This document shows positions 7,647 to 16,693 of a stretch of DNA of 44,707 nucleotides, piece after piece. Position 1 is the stretch's first letter. Each line of letters begins with the position of its first letter. Below the pieces are notes generated by a model. That model was not told the DNA's origin. It saw only the letters and a list, made by a program, of their open reading frames with translations, and did not search any database. The DNA lies in the IMG/VR virus record IMGVR_UViG_3300030332_001221, positions 1 to 44,707 of that record; one strand, 5' to 3'. The position numbers and the translations under genes were made by a program. The DNA is from a virus (taxonomy: Duplodnaviria > Caudoviricetes).

Positions 7647-9038
7647 TTACCTCGCTAAATTCCCAAACAACACGCGCTTGGCATTCCAGTGTAAATCAAT
7701 CTTGCCTGTCGCTCCCTGCCGATGCTTGGCAATAATAAGTGTAGCTTTGCCGGCCGCCGCGCTGATATCCGCTAACCACGTCTCATGTTTCTTGCTTCCT
7801 AGCGCCGGCTCGGATTGCTGCAAATAATATTCCTGGCGGAAGACGAAGATGACAATGTCAGCGTCCTGTTCAATTGAACCGCTGTCCCTCAAATCTGCCA
7901 ATCGTGGCCGGTGGTCGTCCCTGGCCTCGACAGCACGGGAAAGTTGCGAGAGCAACATCACCGGGACGTTCAAGTCCTTGGCCATCGCTTTCATGGCGCC
8001 GCTAATCTCAGCTATCTCGTTAACTCGCTGGCCTTGATACCGTTTCGGTGGTTCCATCAATTGCAGATAATCAACCACAATTAGACCAAGCCCATGCTCA
8101 CGTTGGATTTTCAAAGCCCGCGAGCGAATGGCGGAAGCAGTCAATGCAGCGGTATCGTCAATATGAAGGGGCAATGCAGCGAGTTGTTTGCCTGCAGTGT
8201 GTAGCCCCTGCCATTCGGCTGTCCCGATATCACCTCTGAGAAGGCGCTCCATCTCGATTCCGGTTGTCATGCTTAAAAGCCGCTTGTTTAACTGGTCGGC
8301 AGACATTTCAAGGGAAAAGAAGGCGACATCGTCACCGCCATGCGCCACGTTGCGCGCCGTCGCCATAGCCAGCGCAGTTTTTCCCATGCCAGGTCGCGCC
8401 GCGACTATCCACAGGTCAGGCGCTCTCAAGCCCCCTGTAAGCGCGTCAAGGTCCGCCAAGCCTGTTTTAAGCCCAATGGCTCCCTCGCCACGAGATGCCG
8501 CTTCTATGGCCTCCAGGGAGGCTGGCATCGTCACGGCAAGAGGTGTGGTGCTGACGGCGGGGGAATCAGCATTCAACTCAGAAAGCTGACTTTCGGCCCC
8601 CAATACTATCAGCCGAGCATCCCCGCCGTCAGCATAAGCATCGTCTATCATTTCCTCGCCGCAGGCAATCAAGTTGCGGCGCAAGGCAAGGTCGCAAATC
8701 GTTAATGCGTATTCGTAAGCCGTGGCAGGCGAAACCGCAGAAGCAACAAGCTTTTTAAGGTAGTCGGCACCGCCGATATCAGAAAACGTGGTATCGTTTT
8801 CAAACGAGTTTTTGAGTGTCACCAAATCAGCCAGGCGACCACTCCCGATCATCTCGACCAAGGCTCGATATACACGTTCATTGTCCTCTAGCGCGAAATG
8901 CTCAGGCTCAAGCACGAGCCTTTCAAGGACGGCGTTGTCTACAACGATAGCACCAAGGACAGCCATCTCCGCTGCAACATTGTGAGGCAGCGTCCTGCCG
9001 AAGCCATGCGCTTCAGAGAAGACGTTATCATCAACCAT
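7647..9038 (-). CDS. dnaB: Replicative DNA helicase
   Basis: LPHN..AE.AVLG, AARPGMGKT Walker A, FSLEMS, VVDYLQL, LSQLSR, DLRDSGSIEQDAD. Confidence 0.95.
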   Translation of the reverse strand: MVDDNVFSEAHGFGRTLPHNVAAEMAVLGAIVVDNAVLERLVLEPEHFALEDNERVYRALVEMIGSGRLADLVTLKNSFENDTTFSDIGGADYLKKLVASAVSPATAYEYALTICDLALRRNLIACGEEMIDDAYADGGDARLIVLGAESQLSELNADSPAVSTTPLAVTMPASLEAIEAASRGEGAIGLKTGLADLDALTGGLRAPDLWIVAARPGMGKTALAMATARNVAHGGDDVAFFSLEMSADQLNKRLLSMTTGIEMERLLRGDIGTAEWQGLHTAGKQLAALPLHIDDTAALTASAIRSRALKIQREHGLGLIVVDYLQLMEPPKRYQGQRVNEIAEISGAMKAMAKDLNVPVMLLSQLSRAVEARDDHRPRLADLRDSGSIEQDADIVIFVFRQEYYLQQSEPALGSKKHETWLADISAAAGKATLIIAKHRQGATGKIDLHWNAKRVLFGNLAR

Positions 9039-9190
9039 TATTCGTTATCGTTTGCTGCTGGTAGTATTAACTGCATTGGACTTTCCCGCAACAAGACCCA
9101 GTCGTCCGCTCTGGACATTGCCACAGCGAAGCCATACGGGTCTTCCTTCTGCCAACGCCGGATATCCAACGAAAAATCAATGTTGTCCAT
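9038..9190 (-). CDS. Hypothetical protein
   Basis: TGATG coupling upstream; start reassigned to MDNIDF. Confidence 0.5.
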   Translation of the reverse strand: MDNIDFSLDIRRWQKEDPYGFAVAMSRADDWVLLRESPMQLILPAANDNE

Positions 9191-9420
9191 CAAGATGTTC
9201 TCCAGACGCGGTAAATCTTCTCTCCTTTTTTCAGCATCGCACGACGCGCAGCGCCCCATCCAATTGCTCTAATAGCTTTGCCCAAACTTCTCGCCTCTTC
9301 CTCAGTTTCAACACTTACGGAATCGCCTGGCAACATATCCGCCGCCAGGATTTTCCATTTTCCATAATGGAGATAATGAGCAGATGGAGGTAACTCGCGA
9401 CCCCTCTCAAGTTTATACAT
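9190..9420 (-). CDS. Hypothetical small DNA-binding-type protein
   Basis: LERGRELP..MLPGDSV..RVWR pattern. Confidence 0.6.
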   Translation of the reverse strand: MYKLERGRELPPSAHYLHYGKWKILAADMLPGDSVSVETEEEARSLGKAIRAIGWGAARRAMLKKGEKIYRVWRTS

Positions 9421-9771
9421 CTAGGCTACCTCCTCTGCTGGCCAAATCCTCACCTCACAGCCTTTTTTCGCTCCCCAGCGCGCCCGCACCTCCTGGACCA
9501 GAGAATCGTCGGAGATAATGCCCTCCCTCACGAGCAAGTCTTCCGTGGCCTTAATCCTGTTGGCTATGTCTTGTTTCCTTTTGCTCCTGCGCTCAACAGT
9601 GAGGTCCAACACCACCCAGCCGCTAAGCTTCCGAGGCCTTTGTATTTGGATTTGCCATCCTGCCTCTTTAATCCACGCCTTGTAGGCCTTCGTCTTGTAT
9701 CGTCCCCCGCTGTGGGCGTTGCAATACAAATGATTCGTTGTTGGTGGCAGTGGCAGATAAAGCGGGTTCAT
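9421..9771 (-). CDS. rusA: RusA-family Holliday junction resolvase
   Basis: LPLPPTTN, QDIANRIKATEDLL, IISDDSLV. Confidence 0.85.
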   Translation of the reverse strand: MNPLYLPLPPTTNHLYCNAHSGGRYKTKAYKAWIKEAGWQIQIQRPRKLSGWVVLDLTVERRSKRKQDIANRIKATEDLLVREGIISDDSLVQEVRARWGAKKGCEVRIWPAEEVA

Positions 9772-9983
9772 TGGGCGTCTTTCTGCTCAAGGACAGGAAT
9801 CCACTCGCCTTCTTCAAGTTGACCGGCCTGTTTCTCGTCAACCCACACCTTGACAGGGTTTGGGACGGTGGATATTGCATGGAAAACCAACTGACATTGT
9901 GGGCAGCGCGTTTGATGCTTCGACACAGGGGGACCGACATCAAACCCCATTGTGCATGTCGGACAATGTTTTTTCATGTTCAT
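9768..9983 (-). CDS. Small zinc-ribbon protein
   Basis: CPTC and CPQC pairs; ATGA coupling. Confidence 0.5.
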   Translation of the reverse strand: MNMKKHCPTCTMGFDVGPPVSKHQTRCPQCQLVFHAISTVPNPVKVWVDEKQAGQLEEGEWIPVLEQKDAQ

Positions 9984-10293
9984 TCCTCTCTTTCCATATC
10001 CATGATAGCGTGGCCTATCATTTCGACAACTTGCGGGACGACGGCGTTGCCGAGGCACTTAAGGCGGTCCACCCGAGAGGGAACCCCATGAGCCACTCGG
10101 TCCACGTCGGGTTCAGATTTCCACCAACCTTTTCGTTTAACGGTCTCGCATTTCGAGCGTGGGTCGCTGGTGATGCCTTCCCCGAACGCCAATCTCGTGC
10201 TGTTGGCGTTGGCCACAATTTTACCTGCGCTGATAATTTGGGTTCTCCCCGGCTGTTGACCTTGCCTTTCCTCCGCTGTACTGCATCGTCCAT
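9980..10293 (-). pseudogene. C-terminal remnant of C5-cytosine methyltransferase, two overlapping frames
   Basis: 10018-10293 WPTP..LNPTWTEWLMGFP (motif IX-like); 9980-10216 RVDRLKCLGNAVVPQ (motif X). Confidence 0.75.
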
Positions 10294-11433
10294 CTAGGCA
10301 ATCTCCGTTTTGGAGAACATGCCGCCGTCAGCGTCGAGCCTCTGGCGCGCCATCTCGGCGTAGTCGGGGTTGAGTTCGATCAGGATTGAATCCCGGTCCA
10401 GGCGGTCGGCGACGAGGCCGACGGTGCCGGAGCCGGCGAAGAGATCGAGAACGACGGCCGGGACCGGAACGCCGCCGCACTCGCAGGACAGCGACCAGCC
10501 GAGGGTTTTTATTTCACGCCACGTCCGCCCGTTGGTTCTCAGAGCGCTTGATCCACTGACGCCCCTTTCGTCGGCAGCCGGCCGACCATGGGTATGAATT
10601 TTTGCCTCCCCAGATAATTCTCCGGTTTCCGTCTCCCGCACCCACGGCACTCCGCATTCCGGGCAGACGCCCTTCTCCGATGTCCCTGCCTTGATGCACG
10701 GCTCGACTAGGGCCGGGGGGAAGGTGGCGAAATGGGCACCCGGATAGGAGCGCGTGGCGATGTGCCAGACATTGCGGAGGTTGGCGCCGTCATGGCGGGG
10801 CGTCGAGCCGCGCCGTGTCTGCTTGTCTCTTTTCGGATTACGCTTTGTATTCCCTCCATCATTACGGCATGGGTTGGTAGTTACGCTATCGCTTTCATCA
10901 CGCCAATCTGGACGGGCGGCCGGCACCCTCACCGCCTCGCTGTCGTAGAAATACCGCGCCGACTTGGTCAGCAGAAACACCTTCTCGTGGCTTGACGTGG
11001 GCCTATCCGTGACACTCTCGGGCATCGGATTCGGCTTCGCCCAGATGATTTCCGAGCGAATCCACCAGCCGTCTTCCTGCAAGGCGATGGCCAGCCGCGC
11101 CGGCATCATGCACAAGTCTTTCTCCTTGAGTCCTTGATGTCTGGTTGCTCTGTTCGCGCCGCCCTGCATGTGAGTCCGAATGTTGTGATAGCAATCGCCA
11201 TAATTGAGCCAGACCGTCCCGTCCTTGCGGAGCACCCGGCGGACTTCGCGGAACACCCGAACCATGACCTCGATATGCTCGCCCACGGTCGGCTCCAGGC
11301 CGATCTGCCCCGCGACGGAATAATCCCTCAAGCCCCAGTAAGGCGGACTCGTCACCACGCAATGCACCGACTCGTCGGGCAGTTCGCGGAGCTTGTCGAA
11401 AACATCGCCAACGAGAATGCGCGCCGTCATCAC
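10294..11433 (-). CDS. N4-cytosine/N6-adenine DNA methyltransferase (beta class)
   Basis: [22 protein letters not shown]; CPEC/CEC insertion. Confidence 0.9.
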   Translation of the reverse strand: MMTARILVGDVFDKLRELPDESVHCVVTSPPYWGLRDYSVAGQIGLEPTVGEHIEVMVRVFREVRRVLRKDGTVWLNYGDCYHNIRTHMQGGANRATRHQGLKEKDLCMMPARLAIALQEDGWWIRSEIIWAKPNPMPESVTDRPTSSHEKVFLLTKSARYFYDSEAVRVPAARPDWRDESDSVTTNPCRNDGGNTKRNPKRDKQTRRGSTPRHDGANLRNVWHIATRSYPGAHFATFPPALVEPCIKAGTSEKGVCPECGVPWVRETETGELSGEAKIHTHGRPAADERGVSGSSALRTNGRTWREIKTLGWSLSCECGGVPVPAVVLDLFAGSGTVGLVADRLDRDSILIELNPDYAEMARQRLDADGGMFSKTEIA

Positions 11434-11654
11434 TCGTTCGCCGGCTCCGCCAACGCCAGCAGCCGCAACCGTTCTCCGGGGGTAGCGGCGCCGTGGGCTG
11501 CAAATTCATCCATCCGCTTCACGCCCGGCCAATGCTTCGCCAGTACCTTCTGGCAAAACGGGTCTATTTCCACTTGACCAACGCATTCCATCCCAGCGCG
11601 TTCGAGGCCCAAATCGAACCCGCCGATTCCGGCAAAGAGCGATAAAAAGTGCAT
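11430..11654 (-). pseudogene. N-terminal remnant of C5-cytosine methyltransferase fused to unrelated tail
   Basis: [13 protein letters not shown] (motif I), VEIDPFC..LAKHWP; no PCQ or ENV motifs. Confidence 0.8.
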
Positions 11655-11918
11655 TCATTTTTCCTCTCCATTTAGCGCCTTGATTATGGATGTAGTGACA
11701 GCACCCAAAGCTGTGAGCGCACTATCAAGAGTACCGTCATCCTTCCATTTGTGATTGAACCGGACCGCGACGGGGCGCTGGCCTACATAGTCCACATGGA
11801 CGAAGAGCGAGCCCCTCAGCCCGGTATCTTCGTGAGCCACCTTTTCTGTTATGGTCTCGTGGCGGTTGCGGCGACCTGCTTGCCAGGGACAAGACGGCGC
11901 TTGATTAGATCGTGTCAT
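11655..11918 (-). CDS. Hypothetical protein, weakly like stand-alone TSCPD/NrdJ C-terminal domain
   Basis: RRNRHET..FVHVDY..RP..K..GTLD pattern; family call weak. Confidence 0.45.
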   Translation of the reverse strand: MTRSNQAPSCPWQAGRRNRHETITEKVAHEDTGLRGSLFVHVDYVGQRPVAVRFNHKWKDDGTLDSALTALGAVTTSIIKALNGEEK

Positions 11919-11931
11919 GTCGCTTCCTCAC

Positions 11932-12405
11932 TTATCGCGCCGCTGAAAGCGTCTGATAGTAGAATGAGTGCAAAAATCCCAACGGGGACTTGCCGCCCAT
12001 CATCCACAGCCAAAGAACGCGACCTGATCGACCATTCCCATCGAGAAAAGGATGCAACCGCTCATAACGAATATGAGCTTCGTAAGGGGTTAGGCTTGAG
12101 CCGTCGATTCTGCCTAAAATAATCAACAATTCCGACTCAATCATTGCGCCCCCTCGTGGTTGAGTGAGTTGTCGCAAATTCAAAGGGGTATGTGGAATAT
12201 AATCACCAACGCCCACATCCATTCCAACTTCCCGCCGCAGCTTGGCTCCTGGCTGGATAACATCGACAAACGCTTCAAGGTCCGCAACAGTTATCTTGGC
12301 AAGCCCAAGGAATTCCTTATACGCCTCAATTTCCGTAGGTAGAGCTGGCCTGTCGATACCCTCGATCAGGTTACTCTCGATAACGAAATCAGTTAGATCT
12401 CTCAT
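11932..12405 (-). CDS. Minimal Fic-domain protein (AMPylase type)
   Basis: Canonical HPFLDGNGRSGR; N-terminal SNLIEG inhibitory motif. Confidence 0.9.
   Translation of the reverse strand: MRDLTDFVIESNLIEGIDRPALPTEIEAYKEFLGLAKITVADLEAFVDVIQPGAKLRREVGMDVGVGDYIPHTPLNLRQLTQPRGGAMIESELLIILGRIDGSSLTPYEAHIRYERLHPFLDGNGRSGRVLWLWMMGGKSPLGFLHSFYYQTLSAAR
12159..12192. repeat. 34-bp exact inverted repeat, copy A (partner 37527-37560)
   Basis: GTTGAGTGAGTTGTCGCAAATTCAAAGGGGTATG. Confidence 0.95.
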
Positions 12406-12406
12406 T

Positions 12407-12583
12407 TCAATCTCCCTGCCATGCCTTCTCGATTGTTGTTATACGTGCCTTGAAGTGAGCCGCCAGGAGTAAGCGCCATTTATACGGAAGATGCCGTTGC
12501 CTCCATTTGTGGACAGCGACTTGTGTCGCGCCCAATTCCTTGGCGGCCCTCTCAAGATCGGCCCGAGACAGTTTCCGTGACAT
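12407..12583 (-). CDS. Cro-like HTH regulator, 58 aa, absent from ORF track
   Basis: Own translation MSRKLSRADLERAAKELGATQVAVHKWRQRHLPYKWRLLLAAHFKARITTIEKAWQGD; first gene of leftward arm. Confidence 0.7.
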   Translation of the reverse strand: MSRKLSRADLERAAKELGATQVAVHKWRQRHLPYKWRLLLAAHFKARITTIEKAWQGD

Positions 12584-12680
12584 ACCTGCTTAGTAGCCTA
12601 ACACTGACTTATTGTCCAGTCATTAATTTGATGACCGGACTAAATGTCTTGACAGCATCCCATCTTTTTGTTTGAATACG
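12584..12680. promoter_or_regulatory. Divergent promoter region with operator-like palindrome
   Basis: GTCCAGTCATTAA-T-TTGATGACCGGAC at 12614-12640; TTGACA at 12649-12654 (+); TGGACA-N17-TACTAA (-) ending 6 nt before Cro-like ATG. Confidence 0.55.
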
Positions 12681-12829
12681 AATACGCACTCACACCACTC
12701 CTCCTGGCTCCCGCCGTCACATCGAACTCCTGGCGGCGGGGGTTAAAGCCGCCTAGAGAACAAGAGAGACAAGAGATGGACCCACCTGACCCCCATGGCA
12801 AGGCTTTAACGGATATGAAGGAGGAAAAA

Positions 12830-13132
12830 ATGGAAGATAACTTGCGTTCTCTCAACAAACCCCATGGCAAGTGTGCCGTCGCTAACGCTCGTTTTTCAGT
12901 CCGCAGATTCATTAAGGATTTGCGGATCATCCGCGCCCGCGTCGAGGCTGGTGTGACTGTGGACGCGACGGAAGAAGATTGGCAGAAATATTTCGACAAG
13001 CTGTGGAGCAGCTACCGGCGTGCTGTAGCCGATGCCCGTGTCCCCCCCCCTATCGATTATCAGATCGCGGCAGCGACCCGCTTATTCGGCATGCTTCAAC
13101 AAATAACAGATGGCGAGGTGGACCGACCATGA
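12830..13132 (+). CDS. Hypothetical protein
   Basis: AAGGAGG SD before MEDNLR; ATGA coupling to next gene. Confidence 0.65.
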   Translation: MEDNLRSLNKPHGKCAVANARFSVRRFIKDLRIIRARVEAGVTVDATEEDWQKYFDKLWSSYRRAVADARVPPPIDYQIAAATRLFGMLQQITDGEVDRP

Positions 13133-13839
13133 AGTTCGAGATCAAAAATCACTGGAACAACATAATTCTCTTTGAGGGCGAGTTCGGATCACTCAAATTA
13201 TGCATCGAAGCAGCAGTTAAGAAAAACGCGAACCTGCAAGACGCGGACCTGCAAGACGCGAACCTGCAAGACGCGTACCTGCGAGGCGCGAACCTGCAAG
13301 ACGCGGACCTGCGAGGAGCGGACCTGCAAAGAGCGGACCTGCAAAGAGCGGACCTGCAAAGAGCGGACCTGCGAGGCGCGGGCCTGCGAGGAGCGGACCT
13401 GCGAGGAGCGGACCTGCAAAGAGCGGACCTGCAAGACGCGAAAGGTATCCACCCGGCCCTCATCACTCCCTTGCTTATTTTGGCCGATCAGCCGGGGAAA
13501 ATACGAGCCTACAAACTCGTCAACGAAAAATGGGAAGGCCCTCATAATGGCGGCCTTCAATACCAAATCGGCACCACCTTTGAAGTCAATGATGCCGACA
13601 CTAATGCCGATATTCAGTGTGCCCAAGGCATCAACGTTGCCACCCTCAATTGGTGTTTGCGCCTGTGGGTTTCCAGAAATCAACCCATCGGCTGGCATAT
13701 CGTTATTGTCGAATTCACCAAGACGGACATCGCCGCCATTCCCACGGCGACGGATGGAAAGTTCAGACTACACCGCTGTACCGTTGTGGAGGAAATTCCA
13801 TTCCCTGACCTTGGTTTGGAAAAAAAGAACGCGTCATGA
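13129..13839 (+). CDS. Pentapeptide-repeat protein
   Basis: About 14 A(D/N)L(Q/R)x repeats (15-nt tandem, 13228-13440); start MKFEIK. Confidence 0.9.
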   Translation: MKFEIKNHWNNIILFEGEFGSLKLCIEAAVKKNANLQDADLQDANLQDAYLRGANLQDADLRGADLQRADLQRADLQRADLRGAGLRGADLRGADLQRADLQDAKGIHPALITPLLILADQPGKIRAYKLVNEKWEGPHNGGLQYQIGTTFEVNDADTNADIQCAQGINVATLNWCLRLWVSRNQPIGWHIVIVEFTKTDIAAIPTATDGKFRLHRCTVVEEIPFPDLGLEKKNAS

Positions 13840-13873
13840 ATAAAAAGAAGGCCGAGCGGAAAGGGAAAAGCTC

Positions 13874-13978
13874 ATGAAAGCCCTCGACATCTTCCTGAAC
13901 GCTATCGGTTATACTGTCCTAGTCACCGGGGTAGGCGTGATGGTGTACCTCATCTTCGTAGCGATGGCTTCGTCATGA
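13874..13978 (+). CDS. Small membrane peptide, 34 aa
   Basis: Own translation MKALDIFLNAIGYTVLVTGVGVMVYLIFVAMASS; ATGA coupling. Confidence 0.5.
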   Translation: MKALDIFLNAIGYTVLVTGVGVMVYLIFVAMASS

Positions 13979-14304
13979 AAAACTTGATCGAAAAACTTGA
14001 GGCAGCGCCAGAAGGCTCACGAGAGCTGGACCTTGATATATTTCTTGTCCTTAATACCCGTCTGAGGTTCACACGGAAAGAGCTTGCTGACGAGCACTCT
14101 AAGCTCCTTATGGGCGTGGAACACTGGACGACTTCCATTGACGCCAAGATTCCGTGGGAAAATATATGGCTGGTTGTCTGTGGTGATGACGGATTTTGGA
14201 GCGCGATGACAATAAATCCGTCAGGTCGAAACACGGAAGGCCATGGACATACGGAAGCCCTCGCCCGGCGTGTCACGGCACTCAAAGCACATGAAAGAGG
14301 ATAA
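13975..14304 (+). CDS. Conserved-type phage hypothetical protein
   Basis: LEAAPEGSRELD..WTTSIDA..TEALA pattern. Confidence 0.7.
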   Translation: MKNLIEKLEAAPEGSRELDLDIFLVLNTRLRFTRKELADEHSKLLMGVEHWTTSIDAKIPWENIWLVVCGDDGFWSAMTINPSGRNTEGHGHTEALARRVTALKAHERG

Positions 14305-14305
14305 A

Positions 14306-14914
14306 ATGACGATTAACGCAGCACAAGCCGAACCGCCCAACATTTACAAGCGCATCCTTGCTGTCATGGCCGAGGTATATTTTGTCCAGAAAGAAGATCG
14401 GAAGGTCAACAAACAATACACCTTTGTTTCCCACGATGCTGTGACGGCAAAACTACACCCACAGTTTGTCAAGCATGGCATCGTCGTCGTGCCATCGGTA
14501 ATGACTTGGTCCGTCAATGGAAACCGTACAGAGGTCTATATGAGTGTCGCATTCGTCAATGCCGACAACCCCGATGACCGTATTACCCTGGAGAGCCTCG
14601 GCTTTGGCATTGACCAGCAGGACAAAGGCCCTGGCAAGGCCATATCATATGCCTACAAATATGCGCTGTTGAAGCTGTTTGCCTTGGAGACTGGCGATGA
14701 CCCCGAGCGAGACGATATCGACCACCAAAAGAGCCTTATCACCGCCGAACAGAAAGACACCATCATAAGCTGGTTGCAGGAAACCAACTCCGACATACCG
14801 AAGTTTCTGGAATACATGGAGGTAGCATCGGTTGATGAAATCCCTGCTGGCCAGTACAACAATGCCATCATCGCACTCAAGAGTAAGAAGAAGCAGGATG
14901 GTGGCAGCACATGA
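14306..14914 (+). CDS. erf: ERF-family ssDNA annealing protein
   Basis: YTFVSHDAV, DKGPGKAISYAYKYALLKLF..TGDDP. Confidence 0.85.
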   Translation: MTINAAQAEPPNIYKRILAVMAEVYFVQKEDRKVNKQYTFVSHDAVTAKLHPQFVKHGIVVVPSVMTWSVNGNRTEVYMSVAFVNADNPDDRITLESLGFGIDQQDKGPGKAISYAYKYALLKLFALETGDDPERDDIDHQKSLITAEQKDTIISWLQETNSDIPKFLEYMEVASVDEIPAGQYNNAIIALKSKKKQDGGST

Positions 14915-15531
14915 CCACAGACCACATACAAGGCTCTCCTGCATGGCACCAGGCCCGCTGTGGCAAGGTTACCGCCTCTCGTGTTGCCGACGTTATCGCC
15001 AAGACGAAAACCGGCTGGGGCACCAGCCGCGCCAACTATCAGGCGCAGTTGATCGCGGAACGCCTCACCGGCAACCCGGCAGAGACTTACAGCAACGCCG
15101 CCATGCAATGGGGGACTGATACGGAGCCCAAAGCCGCGATTGCTTATGAGTTTTTCACCGACACTGTGACCTCGTTTATAGGCTTTATCGTACATCCAAC
15201 CATTGACCAATCGGGAGCATCGCCAGACCGTCTTGTCAAAAATGACGGACTTGTTGAGTTTAAATGTCCCAACACCAGCACCCACATCGCTACATTGTTA
15301 GGCAGCACCACTCCGAAAAAATACCTGACGCAAATCCAGTGGCAAATGGCTTGCACGGGCAGGAAATGGACCGACTATGTCTCGTTCGATCCCCGGCTGC
15401 CACCGGCCCTGCAATTGTTCGTACAGCGTATCGAGCGCGATGACGAGCGGATCGCAGAGCTTGAGGGCTTGGTTCGGGATTTCCTGGCCGAGATGGATGC
15501 GAAAATAGTGGAATTGGAGAAATTGGTATGA
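14911..15531 (+). CDS. YqaJ/lambda-exonuclease family protein
   Basis: [36 protein letters not shown]. Confidence 0.9.
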   Translation: MTTDHIQGSPAWHQARCGKVTASRVADVIAKTKTGWGTSRANYQAQLIAERLTGNPAETYSNAAMQWGTDTEPKAAIAYEFFTDTVTSFIGFIVHPTIDQSGASPDRLVKNDGLVEFKCPNTSTHIATLLGSTTPKKYLTQIQWQMACTGRKWTDYVSFDPRLPPALQLFVQRIERDDERIAELEGLVRDFLAEMDAKIVELEKLV

Positions 15532-15959
15532 GCAGCGTCAACAAGGTCATCCTCATCGGCAACCTCGGCCGCGATCCCGAGGTCCGCTATTCTCAGGACG
15601 GCACCAAGATCGTCAACATCTCCCTCGCCACGTCGGAGTCTTGGAAGGACAAGCAGACCGGCGAGAAGCGCGAAAAGACCGAGTGGCACCGGGTCGTCAT
15701 CTTCAACGACCATTTGGGGGGTATCGCCGAACAGTACCTGCGCAAGGGCGCCAAGGTCTATGTCGAAGGCGCCTTGCAGACCCGCAAATGGACCGGCAAC
15801 GACGGCAACGAGCGCTATTCCACCGAGGTGGTCTTGCAGCGGTTTCGCGGCGCGTTGACCATGCTCGGCGGCGACAAGCCGAACAGCGGCACCCCACAAG
15901 CGGCTGTGACGGCACCCGACCCTGGCCCACAGTCTGCCGACGACGACATCCCGTTTTGA
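15528..15959 (+). CDS. ssb: Single-stranded DNA-binding protein
   Basis: [29 protein letters not shown] tail. Confidence 0.97.
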   Translation: MSSVNKVILIGNLGRDPEVRYSQDGTKIVNISLATSESWKDKQTGEKREKTEWHRVVIFNDHLGGIAEQYLRKGAKVYVEGALQTRKWTGNDGNERYSTEVVLQRFRGALTMLGGDKPNSGTPQAAVTAPDPGPQSADDDIPF

Positions 15960-15972
15960 GTGAGGGCTTCGC

Positions 15973-16247
15973 ATGACCCTGCCGCGCCTGTACACGCTGC
16001 CAGATATACGCGGAAGGAATTTTCCGCGTTCGCTGGGTGTTCCTAATGCCTAGGTCGCATGGCAACATTGAGCCGAGAATTAGGGGCGCGGTTGGCAAGG
16101 GTGGATAATGAGCGGGTCTTTATTGACGAGGTTCCAGCAGAGCAATCAACCGCCGACCCGATAGCGCCTGAATGCGACATGCTTTGCGCCTTGGCAGAGC
16201 AAGAATTGGCCAATACAACGAGGCACAATGACCCCCAAACAGGATGA
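15973..16247 (+). pseudogene. Possible broken excisionase-like gene
   Basis: MTLPRLYTLPDI start then stop/frame change into TLSRELGARLARVDNERVFID; weak resemblance only. Confidence 0.25.
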
Positions 16248-16569
16248 ATGCCTTCAGTTTCTAGAGAAATGGTTTGCGGAGCACCGCCACGCGCCGTCCT
16301 TCAAAGAAATCGCCAGGGGTCTAAACGTCAACTCCGGGAGTCGAGTTTTCGCTCTGCTGGATGCTTTGCAAGCACAGGGTCTTGTCCATAGAGAGCCCCA
16401 CAAGTGGCGTTCCTTGCGTCTCACACGCGGCCCATTGCCTTGGCGGCGTGTTGGAAATGCTGCAAGGCGATTGGTTGGGAATGCCACTCTTGGCTCTTTG
16501 TCCGGCAAAGCCCTCGTCACCATCGACGACCTGAATGATCTCACCACTGCTCTCAAGGATGCCGAATGA
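16228..16569 (+). CDS. LexA-type winged-HTH protein without peptidase domain
   Basis: MTPKQ..L.FL....APSFKEIA.GL..S...V..LL.AL...G.V.R.P...RSL. Confidence 0.8.
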   Translation: MTPKQDECLQFLEKWFAEHRHAPSFKEIARGLNVNSGSRVFALLDALQAQGLVHREPHKWRSLRLTRGPLPWRRVGNAARRLVGNATLGSLSGKALVTIDDLNDLTTALKDAE

Positions 16570-16578
16570 AAGAATTAT

Positions 16579-16677
16579 GGCGCTCCTGACGTATGAAACA
16601 CCCCCGTCCCTAAGAGGGTCTTGGGATAGCGAGGATGATGCCGACCCGTAAGGCGGCATAGGTCGGGAGCGCCACCA
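16579..16677 (+). ncRNA. Candidate structured RNA ending in ACCA
   Basis: GGCGCTCCTGAC pairs with GTCGGGAGCGCC followed by ACCA; two internal hairpins; fills an ORF-free gap. Confidence 0.45.
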
Positions 16678-16693
16678 GATACCGGAAGGAAAG

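Noticed and set aside
12159-12192. lox/dif-type site or Cas1-Cas2 spacer integration for the 34-bp repeat
   Set aside because: No palindromic arms, no recombinase seen, and no repeat-length target duplication.
12791-12871. 12-bp direct repeat CCCCATGGCAAG
   Set aside because: Too short and only two copies; no supporting context.
13149-13843. RTCK/RSA/QVR repeat ORFs in other frames
   Set aside because: Shadows of the 15-nt pentapeptide repeat.
16579-16677. tRNA gene or hammerhead ribozyme
   Set aside because: No T-loop, D-arm or anticodon arm; no CUGANGA/GAAA core on either strand.
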